NCBI RefSeq assembly: GCF_000143415.4
Contig: NW_003314344.1
Location: 132,336-196,335, forward strand
Length of the DNA stretch: 64,000 nt
DNA from: Selaginella moellendorffii
Taxonomy: Eukaryota; Plantae; Lycopodiophyta
Direction of reading: 5' to 3'
This document shows positions 40,592 through 52,692 of the stretch, piece by piece; position 1 is the stretch's first letter; every line of letters begins with the position of its first letter. A program made the position numbers and the translations under genes. The notes under the pieces were generated by a model. That model was not told the origin of the DNA, made no database searches, and saw nothing but the letters and a program-made list of their open reading frames with translations.

Positions 40592-41033
40592 GGCGGCCGC
40601 CTCCAAAGATTTGAATCAAAACCCTGCGCCGCGAATATCGATCGATCCGGGCGATCGGGTATGATCGCCGCTCCTCCGCCGCGCCGTGAGATCTGGGTCA
40701 AGAAATCCACGCGGAAGAGCATCTTTGTTAGCTCGGACAGTAAAGACGGCTGTAATACTTTCTATCGCCATTGCCAATGGGCCAATAAGCAAATTGGCCA
40801 TTGCGTCGTCACGTCCGGACCGCCGGGTATTTTCCCAAACCGGCGGTTTAAGTGCCAGGTGCGTAAGGGACCGCTGGTTCTAACCGGCAATACCCGGTAT
40901 AGTGCGTCGGGGACCGAGCCGGCCCGCTGGCGTTGATTGAGGCCGCCGCCGCGTCATTGCCACGTCACTGCATGGAATCTCCACATCACTGCATCTTCCC
41001 ATCCACGTCATCACTCGAAAAACGAGTGTTTTT

Positions 41034-42135
41034 TTATTTCGCTTTGTTCTTGGTGAGGCATTCGCCCAGCGTGACATGGCTGGGCACTTTCAATCCTTTC
41101 AATCCAATGTCTTGCAGGCCTAGATGGCCCAATTCGCAGTGTGGGCTGCAAAATCCGGGCTCCTCGCGCGCGTACAGCAGTGCCATTGATGGCGCGGTGG
41201 GCGTTTTGGCGGCGAAGGAGACGCTGCCCTCGTCCTTGCTCTTGAGGAAGACGATGTTCTTCCCGCCCAGCTTCTGGAACAGCAGGCATTGATCCATCCT
41301 CTTGTTCATACACCTGTGGTGGGGCAATTAGAGCGATTTGTAGCCCAGATCGATCGATCACCTGTAGCAGATGATCCACTTGGCCTGGGTCTTGAGCGCC
41401 AGCTGCACCGCGACGTCGCGAGGAGGGTAGCCCGATTCGATGATGATGTCCAAGCTCACCTGGAAACACCAATTGGAGCGATGGATCAAATCGATTCGAT
41501 AGCGAATCATCATGAGTTCTTACTCCTTTGGTACGGTAGGAATCCTGGATGCGCAAGAACTCCGCGGATTTGAGCTGGACCTCCCCTTCTCGGGTAGTGC
41601 ACGACTTCTCATCGATCATGCGAAGCTCCGACCATCTCTTTACAAGCACTGTAGGTAGAATGAATCCAAAGTTGACCACGTTGGACTAATCTGACCAAGT
41701 GCGACTGGGTTGTAGAAACTTACGTGGAAGGCAGAGCCAAGGCAAGATCCCAGCGAACGTCACCGTGTCTCCGGGCTTGGCGACGAGCTCCAGCGTCCAG
41801 GCGAGCGCATCGGTGTTTAGTTCCTTGGTGGCGTCTGCGAGGACCAAGATGTGTTGTGGCTCGCTCCAGGCGAGGGACGATGGATCGCTGCTGCGAGTGA
41901 GCGCGATCTTGACGCTGCTGGGGCTGCTGCTCGCGGAGAAGCTCAGGATTTGCTTCTGCGGCTGCTGGAAAAACACCCCATGGGGGGAATTGATGTAGAA
42001 GAATGGACTGAAGGGAGATCGGTTATAAGGCGATTTGATGTGGAAGAATGGATTGAAGGGTGATCGATTGAATGCCGGAGTGGAAGGAAACGATCTCACA
42101 CGTCTTTGATCGTGCGCTGCCACAATCGAGCTCAT
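41034..42135 (-). CDS. USP-like (adenine nucleotide alpha-hydrolase-like) domain protein, multi-exon
   Basis: QHILVLADATKELNTDALAWTLELVAKPGDTVTFAGILP followed by spliced VSLDIIIESGYPPRDVAVQLALKTQAKWII. This resembles the USP-like N-domain of plant receptor-like cytoplasmic kinases; no kinase domain is seen. Confidence 0.65.
41990..42079. repeat. Two 45-bp tandem units, each containing a miR319/miR159-like sequence
   Basis: ttgatgtagaagaatggactgaagggagatcgg... / ttgatgtggaagaatggattgaagggtgatcga... Confidence 0.8.
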
Positions 42136-42467
42136 GGCAGAAGAAGAAAGAGAAGATCGAAAGAGAGAGAAGAGAGAAGAAAAAAGGAAAGCAATGACGG
42201 ACTCCCCAAACTGCAAGCTGTGGACGAAGCGCGAATATTCTTCGCCCGCTAAATCAGTTTAACGGAATATCTGGCCTGCTAAGAGAACATTCTCACTTTA
42301 CATTATTTTAACGAAATATCCCTTTCGCTGACGGAACATTCTACTTTGCACAAGAAAACGAAGTGTCACAGATAATATTACTTACAAGCCTGGAAAAGAA
42401 GCTAAAGAAACGAGTAAAGCAAAAAAACAGGCCTGCGAAATCTCGAGCTCGATCGATCGCCACCATC

Positions 42468-44114
42468 TTACCAGCGATTCCTCGAGGGCTGCTGCTGGTG
42501 ATGGAACTGATAGCTCGATCGCCTCCCATTCTCCTTGCCCCATTCATCCTCGTGAACCGACGGAGTTCTCGGCCGGCTCCACATATCGGGCTGCGCGGAC
42601 TTTGGACGATCGTCTCTCCAGCTCGGCTGCCTCCACTCCTCGTCGTGAAACACCGGGGTTCTCGGCCTACCGCCATTCTCTCCTCGCCGATATCCCATCT
42701 CTCCACCTTCGTGCATGGAAGACGGTGTTCTTGGCCGCCTCCATCCTCCAGACGGCTCGAAGTTGCCACTGTCCGACATGGCTGGCGTCGGCGGCCGCCT
42801 CCAGATCTCCGGAGGACCACCGTTTCGATTGCTCTGCGACGATGGCGGCCTCTGCGGATCATCCCTGCCTCCGCCGCGTCGCCGGTCCGAGACGCGCGCG
42901 CTTCTCTCAAGATCTTTCACCAGCTGCTCCAGCTCCAGCTCCTTCTTCTCCAGCTCCTCTCTCGCCGCCTCGGAGCCCTCCTTGTCGATCAGATCCTTGA
43001 GAGCGTTGATCTCCTCCTTGAGCCTCGTCTCTTCTTTGCTCTCGTACCTGCGAGGAGGATCAAGCAAAACAGCCATGCATCACGTCTGGAAATGAGAATG
43101 TGGGAGAGAAACGCACCTCTTTTGATCGAGCTCCGAGTCAAGCTTTCTCCAGTCCTGTCCTCTCTCCTCGAGCACCACCTCTCTCGGCTTGGCAGCTCCG
43201 AAAGGATTCGATCGCGGCTTGGCAGTGGTGGTGGTGGTGGTGGCGGAAGTCGAGTTTTTACCAGAGCCAACTTGAACTTGAGGAGTATCACCCGGTGTTC
43301 CTGGACGACTCGAGTGGCTGCTCGAAGGCCGGGAGGAATCCACCGGCAAACTTCTCGGCTGTAGATTCAGTCGCGGTCTCTCCATCGCCACCTTTCTCTC
43401 ATCGCCTCCGCCGGACCATCTGTCCATCTCGGGCTTTGGATCTCGAAAAGACCACGAGTTCCTCCCACCGCCGCCGCCACCATCTCTCCCGCCATAGCCA
43501 AAGCTTCTCTCCGACGGGACAAACCTCTTTCCCGCCTTCCAGTCGTCCACCTCGTCAGCCTTGCTCGGCGCGTCTCGATCGCTGCCCCGCGAGGAAGGCC
43601 GGATCATCATCGCTGGCTTGCTGGAGAACCAGTCGCTGCTCTCATCGGCTCGGGAGGGAGGCGGCGGCATGGCGGCGCCGCCAAAACCCGGATCCCTGGA
43701 AGGATGCCGGTCGCGCTGATCGCGATCGCCGCCACGGAAGCCGCCATAGCTCCGGAATCCACCGCCGAGGCGCTGCTCGGAGAGCTCCTCCGGAGTTCGC
43801 TCCTTGGGGCCAGTGGGAAGGAACATGAGCTCCTCGGATGTGAGGCGATTGCTATCCGACATGAAAATCTGGGAAGAGGAAGGGGTGAATCGCTTCGCAC
43901 CTGGGCCGACGACCTTGCCAGTCGTGAACGCCGCCAGCGTCATCGTCTGACCCTTGCTCTTCTTCTTGCCGCCGCCGGCGCCGCCGGGCTTGGCTGCCAC
44001 CGCCAGGGGTGGAAATGCGTCCTCGGGCATCGCCCCTACCGATCCGCCCCCCGCCGCCGCGGCCGCCTCGTCCGCCGCCTCGGATTCGTCCGCCCATGAG
44101 CTCACCCAAGCCAT
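42468..44114 (-). CDS. eIF4B: Plant eukaryotic translation initiation factor 4B, 2 exons
   Basis: SWADESE; AFPPLA; KKKSKGQTMTL; LTSEELMFLPTGPKER; SRADESSDW; ERPRLNLQPR; KPRSNPFGAAKPREVVLEERGQDW. Intron ~43048-43116. Confidence 0.92.
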
Positions 44115-44494
44115 AGCTTCCTCCTTTAGGGCTAGCTAGGGCACACGGAGCTAAAAAGGTAATGCCAGCTAAGTAATAAAGGTTAAAGTCCACTTCCTCC
44201 ATTTTTAACTTTACCAACTCGGATAACTCTTCTGCCTACCTACCTAGAGTCTTTGCCCTAAAAGAATCTATCAGACAATGATGCGCAGGAGAAATGCCAT
44301 TCCTTGCCAGGTCTGTGACATTACAATCCATCTGTGAGTTGTCATGGGGCCTACGTGGCTCGTGCAAGGCCTCAAGGTGGACTTAAACAATTGGGGCGAA
44401 TTTTACTCGATTGGAATGAGCTCCGCCTTTTTGAATAAACATATATATAGTGGTCCTCCAGCCTTTAGGTCAATTTATTTTGCCACCTTTTTGT

Positions 44495-44503
44495 AAACCC
44501 TAA
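44495..44503 (+). promoter_or_regulatory. Telo-box (AAACCCTAA) upstream of eIF4B
   Basis: Exact motif upstream of a translation-factor gene. Similar TAGGGTTT/AAACCCTA motifs lie near FIP1 (~27218-27240), the SP-RING gene (~31157), in both UBC first introns, and near SAP18 (~55477). Confidence 0.5.
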
Positions 44504-45326
44504 ACCAGAATGTTGGGTCAGAGGCTCGAAGCCCCAAATCTTTTCAAAGCTGTGGGGAAGTTGACGGAGGGTCGGCGTACTAACCAGCGAGAGACGAGAA
44601 GTTGATGTATAGATAAATGCAAAATTTCAAATGCCAGGAATCTTCTAGCAGAGACAGAGATGTGTGCAAAAATAATATTGAAAAAGTAAATAAATAGTAA
44701 AGAAAAAAGAGTATTAGTTGTGTCCATTGAGTGAGTACGTTGCTTGCCTGGATGGAAGTGATCGACGTGTACATGAAAAAGCTGGGCGTGTATGTATGTA
44801 CTTTTTTAGTGTAGAAAAAAACTTGGCACCAGTAGAGCAGCACAATCATGTGCACATTTGAAACTCTACGTACGCCGATCCAACGATACAACAAACAAAA
44901 CAAACCTCCACAATCTCAATCTCCAAACCATGAGATCATCTGAGAAACTATTCATAGAAAATATAAAGTGAGAAGAAGATGGTCCTCACAACATTAATGA
45001 GCATCCGTCGAGCAACTGTCTCACTGACTGTCATTTTGGCGTTTTGGCATCTTCAATCCACTGGCGCTTTATAACCCTGCGCTCGCGAGAGGCTTGGCTC
45101 CATCTCCATCGCTCCAAGTAGTAGAAAGCTAAGATCCAAAGAAGAGAGAAAGATTTGGAGAGCTCTCTTGTTCTTTATCTCGCGTCGTGACACCACAAGA
45201 GTCCACATTGTTTTGATCTTGCGCCAAGCAACAAACTACGGTACAAGCGCAGGTGACAGCCACCACCGATTCGATCATTGTTCCAACCTTGAGAAATCAA
45301 GGAGTTTGTAGGAACTTGTGAGAGCT

Positions 45327-46196
45327 ATGTCCAGCTATGATGATCATCATTGTCGCTTTGTCAATGGCGATCAATTCCAGTTCCTCGACTATAGTTTCCA
45401 GTGCTTTGATCACCAAATGTATGATCGTCAAGCCTGGAAAGATTTGGCAGAGTATGCGACTAGTTGCGTCATCGCCGGCGACGAGAGAGTAGAGGACAAT
45501 TCCAAGATCATATCATCATCCACGAGAACCTTCACGCCAAGTATGGATTTCGCACACTGCTCCAGTCTTTTCACTTCCAATCCATCACCGAGCGTCGATA
45601 GCAGCAGCTACAATCAAGCCTCTAGATCACTACATTCCCCCGACAGGAGCAAGCCCATCACGCTACAAGCTCCTCCACTCGATCATCGCCAAGAGGAGCT
45701 CTTCGTCTTTGGAGCGAGCAGTAGTAGCGGCGGAGTAGCAATGAAGAATCTTTTCTATACTTGCAAGCGCTCGGCGATGGCGGAGGAGGAACAACGAGAA
45801 GAGGAATCGTGGAGCAAGCCCAAGAGGAGGAACACGAGGATTTCCAAGGATCCACAGAGCGTGGCGGCGCGGCACCGGCGCGAGAGAATCAGCCAAAAGA
45901 TCCGGACGCTCCAGCGACTGGTTCCAGGAGGCACAAAGATGGATACCGTCTCGATGCTGGACGAGGCCATTCACTACGTCAAGTTCCTCAAGACCCAAGT
46001 CCACTCGCTCGAGCTCCTCGGGTTCCACAGCCCACTAGCAGTCGCTCCTCCGGCAAATCCCTCGAGCCACTTTCCACTCCCGATCGATCGCTCGCAGATG
46101 GCGTCGTGCTCTTCGTCTCATCGGTTCTTCCCTTCGATCGATCACAGCAGTGATATCGAAAGCCAGCACTTCGCTTATCGTCACCAATCCCCATAG
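45327..46196 (+). CDS. HECATE/INDEHISCENT-like bHLH transcription factor (subfamily VIIIb), intronless
   Basis: [62 protein letters not shown]. Confidence 0.92.
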   Translation: MSSYDDHHCRFVNGDQFQFLDYSFQCFDHQMYDRQAWKDLAEYATSCVIAGDERVEDNSKIISSSTRTFTPSMDFAHCSSLFTSNPSPSVDSSSYNQASRSLHSPDRSKPITLQAPPLDHRQEELFVFGASSSSGGVAMKNLFYTCKRSAMAEEEQREEESWSKPKRRNTRISKDPQSVAARHRRERISQKIRTLQRLVPGGTKMDTVSMLDEAIHYVKFLKTQVHSLELLGFHSPLAVAPPANPSSHFPLPIDRSQMASCSSSHRFFPSIDHSSDIESQHFAYRHQSP

Positions 46197-46704
46197 CTGT
46201 CCAGACATTCCAATCTCGAATCTCTCGAATCGAAAATCTTAGCATAACAATAACGATCGTCGCTCTCGATAAGTGGAAGAGAAAGACGCGTAGAATAACT
46301 TTAGAAGCACTCTCGAGTGCCATCGATTAAAGTCTTTCCCTGCAGCAAATGCCCAGTCCTGGCAAATGCCGCTTTGTCCTTACAAATGTGCCCTTTATAG
46401 GCAAATGCTAAATAGTTTGAGATTTACCGCACAAGATCTTACTGCGACATTGTGAGAAACATGAATAGCATCTTAATTTAAAATCCATGATTTTCTAAAA
46501 TGTCATGCAATCCAATTCACAGATTTTCTCCTGCGCGAATTCCTCGAAACGCTAAATAAGAGCCCTAAAATGTTACGTTTGAAATTTTCCCGCCTTACCT
46601 CTGGAGGTTACGGGGTCGATTCGCGATAGGATTGAGAAATTTTGGCCACAAATTTCATACTCGACCTAAGTGGAAGGCGATGCATTGGAAGTTCTTCTTC
46701 TTCG

Positions 46705-49700
46705 ATGGCGATGGCGATGGGGAATGCTGGATCAGGAGTGAGTCTTCAGCTGGAAGCTGTGAATCCGGGTAGAGATGGGGCGTTTCTCGAGGAATGCGGC
46801 TACTTCGCAGTAAGCTACCCTGTTCCTGGGGCTAGGTCTGTCCAATTTTGCCGAAAGGGGCTACAGTTCAGGCAGATTTGCGGCAGGAATGGAGGCCGCA
46901 GGGAGAAAATCCAGAGTAGTGGAGCAATGGACTGGATTATCAACGAGCTCTACAATCAGCACTTGCGAGAGGAGGCAAACAATGCTCTTCACGAGGCCAT
47001 CGCTTTGCTGCGAAGCTCAGGAGAGAAGGAAAGCCGCATTTGGATGGAATTTATACACGGGAACTCTCCGGATTTCTGGATGAACGAGGTTACTGTCAAG
47101 CAGGAGATCGAGCTCTTTTCTGGAAAGGAGTCCGTGATCAAGCTGGTTGAATTGAGAGAAGAGCTTGGATTCTGGGACCGTGTGGGATCTTTCATCCTAT
47201 GGTTGAGACAGCTCCAGGAGCAGCTAACGAATCTAAGGCTCGGTGTGGCTTGCTCCAAGCGATGGAAAGACTTCCAAGCGGCGTACATGGCCAGGATCCA
47301 AAGAATTCTGGTGACGGACTTGATCTCGAGAAGAGTTTGCTGTCCGGCCAGCATCATCTACAAGAATTTTGAAGAGCAGATAAGCTGGAGGAGGAGATCT
47401 GGAAGGAGGGGCGACGACGAGTGCTCGGACGCCGAGAAATACCATGTCGAGTGCAAAGTTGACGTGATTTCATGGCGAGAGCGATTCATCAGCGCCACCA
47501 TAACCATCGAAGCTGATATAAACCGAGTGTGGGAAGTCCTCACGGATTACGAGCGGCTTGCGGAGTTTATTCCCAATCTCATTCACAGGTAACCGCTCTC
47601 TCTCTCTTTGTGTTCTTTCGCTCATTTTCATTCCAGTGCAAGGATACCCTGCCCGTATCCTGGTCGGATTTGGCTGCTCCAGAGGGGCCTCCACACGGCA
47701 ATGTACTGGCATATCGAAGCAACCGTGGTTCTTGACTTGGAAGAGTTTCCTCACTTGGTATGTCGTGTGTTTTGCGTACACATTGTCTTTAAAGCGTTTG
47801 TTTGTGCTTTTTACTTTACAGACTGATGGGAGATCCCTCCAGTTCTGTATGGTTGACGGGGACTTCAAAAAATATGCTGGAAGATGGCTTTTGCAGGCTG
47901 GCACGAGGTAATACCTTTCTTTCTTATCTTCGAACTTTGCCTCAGTCCTAACGAGTTTTGCTGTCAGGCCGGGAACCACAGATTTGCACTATGAAGTCAA
48001 TGTGATTCCCCGTCTTTTACTTCCTGGTGTTTTCGTGGAAGGTATTATCAAGTCGGATCTTCCGGTAAATCTGCGTGCAATTGCGGAAAGGGCAGAGAAG
48101 AACCAACGCTCCGTCATCAAATATCCTGCAGATGGCGGCATGTCGGTTGCCGCTCCAATTCACAGCATCGTGTCCAAAGTTACCCAATCCACTGACACAA
48201 AGGTGACAAGCTTCGTGCAAACAGACGACAGGAAATATGCTCAGAGATGGGACAACGAGTCTGTTACCAAAATCAAGCGTGTTTGCAAGTCTGACAAACA
48301 ATGTACTGTCGATGAAGTGCATTTGAGACGTCTAAGTGAGGTAGGCCATGGTCGCGTGGAAGCGTATTAACTCAAGAAATCTTAGATTTTGTAGGAAGAT
48401 GGGCGCTTCTGGAGAGTTGTGGCAGCTGTAACGATCGCAGGCTCTATGGAAGACGTATGGAATGTTTTGACGTCTTATGAGACGCTCTCGGAGTAAGACC
48501 CGGCCTCAAATTGTGTTTTAGCTCACACTCCGTCATTTTTAGATTTGTTCCGAACCTCAGCAGCAGCAAGATCGTCTCACGACACGGTAATCACGCTCGA
48601 GTGCTTCAGGTATAATTGTTTATCTAATATTTCCCAACGAACAAATTGATTACGGTTTGTTTTATGGACAGGAGGGATGCAAATGTTTGTTGTACATGGT
48701 TCTCCATGCTCGCGTCGTTCTGGAGTTGCAGGAGCTGCCACCAAACGAGATCACTTTCCAACAGGTAGAAGGTGACTTTGATGTGTTCAGTGGCAAATGG
48801 ACTCTGGAATCCCTTGGAGCGGAACATACCTTGTTGAGGTACTCGGTGGACATGAAGATGCATAACGACTTTTTGCTTCCACGGGAGATCATCGAAGAGG
48901 TTTGCACGCCTTCCCTGTTTTCTGGAATGTTTTTTTCTATTAACTGTGTTACTTTCTTGGCAGATTGTTTACGAAGATCTGCCCGAGAACCTCTGTGCTA
49001 TAAGAGCTCGAGTCGAGCTAGGTGACGGCTGCTACATTGCCAAAGAGAACGTGTCACCGCCACCACCGCCTCCACAGGTTCGAGAGCCCGCCGACGAAAG
49101 TTTTAAGAATCCGAAGCGAAAGCCAGTGCCGGGTCTCCAGACGGACATCAAAGTTCTGGAACGCGAGCTCGAGGGATTTGTAGCGAAAGCTGGAAAGGAG
49201 AGGGTGATGCCAGTGAGGGCAGAGCTCCGTAAGAACGGGCGTGTAGACTTGGAGAAGGCCATTCGTCGTTTTGGTGGATTCCGTTCTATAGCAGAGAGGC
49301 TCAACATGAGTCTCGCGTACAAGCGGCGAAAGCCCAGAGGCTTCTGGCAAAACAGTGAAAATCTTAAGCGAGAGGTAACAAAATTAATCTCTGTGATTGA
49401 CTCGCTCGTGGTTTGACTCCAGCTCGAACTTCCAGATTCAGCTGTTCCAAAAGAAGCTCAGGAGTGATCCCTCAAGGATGCCGAGCAGGAGAACTCTAGA
49501 GCGCGCAGGTAGGAATCCTTATATAATGCTTGTTTGATGGACAAGTGATTGGACTCGTGGAACTTTTGTAGGGAGGTACGACATAGCCCGTGCTCTGGAG
49601 AAGTGGGGAGGACTACACGAAGTAGCAAAAGTGTTGAATCTCCAGACCAAGCGAAAGCGCTGCTTGGAGGAGCCAGAAGAAGGCTGGGAGGACTGGAGGC

Positions 49701-49839
49701 CACCAGAGAGTGGCAGCGGCAGCAGCAGCATCAATCCATCGCCAGAGAAAACGTAGGTTCCTTTGTTACTTGTTCCCTCTTTCTCTCTCACACTTTGCTA
49801 CTTTGTTTTTTCGTTCCCAGGAAAAGTCCACACCTATAG
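46705..49839 (+). CDS. Double polyketide-cyclase/START (Coq10-like) domain protein, multi-exon
   Basis: CKVDVISWRERFISATI...VWEVLTDYERLAEFIPNL; MYWHIEATVVLDL; FCMVDGDFKK; second domain VWNVLTSYETL, QEGCKCLLYMVLHARVVL, FQQVEGDFD; C-term MP.RAELRKNGRVDLEKAI, GRYDIARALEKWGGLHEVA. Confidence 0.88.
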
Positions 49840-50512
49840 CCCCGAAAGTCGACAAAAGAACACACACACAAACACAGGCGAGCGAGTAGAGAATATAAGC
49901 CCTTTGGAAGCGTGTTTTTATCGCCAGTCGCGCACTAGCGAGGTATAGCACTTGCGGGAGTGCTCGCCATTCTTCCTCTTTTCTCGTCTAAGATTCCTGC
50001 TTAAACCAGGCAAAGACGGCACAGCAGAGCAACAGACCGCCAGGCTTTCCGCGAGGAAACAGGAAAGAGAAAGAAGGAAGTTTTTCTCCCAAAGAAGGAA
50101 TCTATCCAAAAGCCCACCACCAATAGCTTCATCATACAAACACCAGCTGTTCCTGGGGCGAGCGAGTTTTTTATACAGCCCACGCCGGGGGGGAAGAAGA
50201 AGCTTTCAATCAATCAAACACATCCCTCTCCAAAAGCACTAAAAAAAAGAGAGAAGAAAGGTGGTGGTGGTGAGCAAGGAGTGTTTGCGAACATTTCTCC
50301 TGTAGTCTTGCGCGTGAGCTCTCAAACCAAACTGGAATTAATATCAATCACACTTCCACAACCAACAAAATATTAAACAAACAAGGAAAAAACGTGGCTA
50401 GCTTTCACAAACCATGGAATTGAAACACCTAAGATCAAAGACACAAACATAAACATAGAAATCAAACACACAAACCATAGAGCGCTCACACACAAACACA
50501 CAAACCTTTCTT

Positions 50513-51319
50513 TCAAGCTCTAGCCGCGTTGGACAAGTCCTCCTGCCTGGTGGTCTCGAGTTGGCGGACTCTCATCTGGAGAACTTTCATGTAGAGGATG
50601 GCCTCGTCGAGAACGATCGCCGGATCCATGCTATCACCACCCGGAACGATGCTCTGGAGCGCTTTCACCGTCTGCCGGATCCTCTCCTTGCGCTGCTTCT
50701 TCATCTCCTTCCTCCGCCTGACCACCAAGCTCCGCTGCCTCTTGCGGTTACTGTAGCTCGCCACGGCCAAAATCGCCTCTTGCTCCACTGCTCGGTTCGA
50801 GTTCTCGGCGTGGAAGCTGGACGTGATCTCGTCGCTGCTCTCGTCCCGGGTGACTTCACTGAGAGGAGTGTGGCCAGTGCTGCATTCTTCTTCTTCCACC
50901 TCCTCGAGCAGGCCTTCGTCGCCATCGGAGTATAGCAAGGCGTCGATGTCTTCCGAGTCCTCCTCGCGAACACTGCTTTGTTGCTCGTCGTCGTCGTCGC
51001 GAAGGTGGTCCCAGCTGAGCTTGCTTACGCTGCTGTCGGAATCCTTCACGTCCCCGATGTGGCAGAGAGTGACCGGCGGACTGTTCGTCTCGCGCATGCT
51101 GCGGAATGCTGCGAACGAGGCCATGGCCTCCCTGTATACCCGGTGAAACTCGCCAGCTTCCGGCCCCTCGCCGTTGGGAGGAGTGCTGGGATTGAACTCG
51201 AAGAAGCGATTGGGCTCCAGCATGATGCGGCCCTTGTCACCGCTACGGTCGAACATGATGAACCGTTTCTCGGTGTCTCCATAGACGTTGGCGAATTCTC
51301 GCAGTGCCCCTTGCTCCAT
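50513..51319 (-). CDS. SACL: SAC51/SACL-like bHLH transcription factor (main ORF)
   Basis: KRFIMFDRSG; EDSEDIDALLYSD; EECSTGHTP; RKERIRQTVKALQSIVPGG...DPAIVLDEAILYMK. The conserved uORF upstream supports the call. Confidence 0.9.
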   Translation of the reverse strand: MEQGALREFANVYGDTEKRFIMFDRSGDKGRIMLEPNRFFEFNPSTPPNGEGPEAGEFHRVYREAMASFAAFRSMRETNSPPVTLCHIGDVKDSDSSVSKLSWDHLRDDDDEQQSSVREEDSEDIDALLYSDGDEGLLEEVEEEECSTGHTPLSEVTRDESSDEITSSFHAENSNRAVEQEAILAVASYSNRKRQRSLVVRRRKEMKKQRKERIRQTVKALQSIVPGGDSMDPAIVLDEAILYMKVLQMRVRQLETTRQEDLSNAARA

Positions 51320-51770
51320 CAAGAGAAAGCTCCTGCTTTCCAGTCAGCAGTTCGAGCTTAAGCGTCGCTCGATCACCCTCCGGCTCGTCGCTCGCGAACA
51401 CTCGCTTTTCCCTCGAGCCGCAAGCTACGCTCACAAGTTGGCAGGATTCATTCGCAGCAAAGACAACTTTTCACAGCCTCACAGCCACTATCCTGGAACA
51501 AACCTTGTCATTCGAGAGAGAAACCAAACATGAGAACTTACCAGTTGCCACTGCGAACAATTGCTTGATCCCGCCGGGCAAGCTTTAGAAATTCCAAACT
51601 CCTGGCACAGCTTCCATCTTCCAAAATGGTATCATCCTTCCACTCCCCTTACCACTACTAACACCTACTAGACTGGAGAACGCAGCAGCAAGGTTGTCTG
51701 GCAACACTTCCACTTCATAAAAGCTCTGGGCTGCAAAGGGTTGATTCTTCGCTACCACCGATTCCTACAC

Positions 51771-51999
51771 CTACGTTATCGGTTTGAGCATAGAACGAAA
51801 GTATATGGCCTGAAAACCAGAGACAAACAAACAACCTTTGAGCTAAGAACGATGATAAGGCCCTTGTTCTTACCTGGCGTTCGTGGAGAGGTTCAAAGCA
51901 AGCGATTATACTCGAGGTAGACACTGGATGGGCAGCAAGCGTCGATCCTTTGCGTGGAGATGCCCCAACACTCTTTCCAGCAGCACTCTGGCCCATCAT
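51771..51999 (-). CDS. Conserved-peptide uORF of SAC51 family (spliced, 54 aa)
   Basis: Exons 51999-51874 and 51809-51771 with a 64-nt GT..AG intron give MMGQSAAGKSVGASPRKGSTLAAHPVSTSSIIACFEPLHERQAIYFRSMLKPIT*. This matches the SAC51 uORF motif IACFQPL..CQA.YFR.LLKPVT. Confidence 0.9.
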
Positions 52000-52524
52000 A
52001 CTTCTCGGCGGCTCAAAGATTGGTAGGCTCCCTACTCCTGCGCTCGCTGCGCTGGCTGGAATGGAATCTAGCTACCTAAACCCTGGACAGCGGACGATTA
52101 GCGACGCTGTATCAGATTCACGAGCGACGTCCCCATAGCTAGCACGAATCTTGGCCGGAGAGCAGCAACCAGAGAGAAATCCACAGACTACGCACCTCCG
52201 TCAGGAGGAACCCAGCACAAGAGGGAGCTTCTTCGAGAGATTTGGAGCTGAGGAAGACGCATTCCGGCGATTGGCGTCCCAGGAGCGATATTTCGATGGA
52301 ACTGAAGCGAGAAAGAGAGCTCTAGCGCGCGATCGAGAGAGAAGGAAGGAAGAACACGCGAAGAGCCCAACAAAAAAACCAAAGAATGAGAACGCAAAAG
52401 CCTAATGGGCGAGCGCTGGAAGAAAAAGGGCGGGCGATTTAACCCGATTGGATGCCGGCGCGTGAAATCCGCCACGGTAAAACCGAAAAACAAAACTACC
52501 TGTCCGTAGATTACACAAGTAAAG

Positions 52525-52692
52525 TGACATGGCATGGGCATGGCGTATGGTGCCATTAGCATGACATGGCATGTGGCTGTGTGGGTTGGTTTGTCACATC
52601 ACACGCGTGCCGCTTGACGTCAGCGCATGCCCATGATTGGTGAGACGCGCGCCCGTCAGACGCTGCTTTAATGACGGGCGTGACGCGTGGCC
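52525..52692. promoter_or_regulatory. Motif-dense SACL promoter region
   Basis: GACATGGCATG twice, CACGCGTG, TGACGTCA, TGACG repeats and an ATTGG (CCAAT) box. Confidence 0.4.

Noticed and set aside
42363-43828. Long antisense ORFs over eIF4B (and similarly over the DUF506, FIP1 and PPR genes)
   Set aside because: Shadow frames of GC-rich, low-complexity coding sequence with no domain motifs.
51121-51141. miR160-like sequence (TGGCCTCCCTGTATACC) antisense to SACL
   Set aside because: Needs a bulge and mismatches in the 5' region; likely chance.
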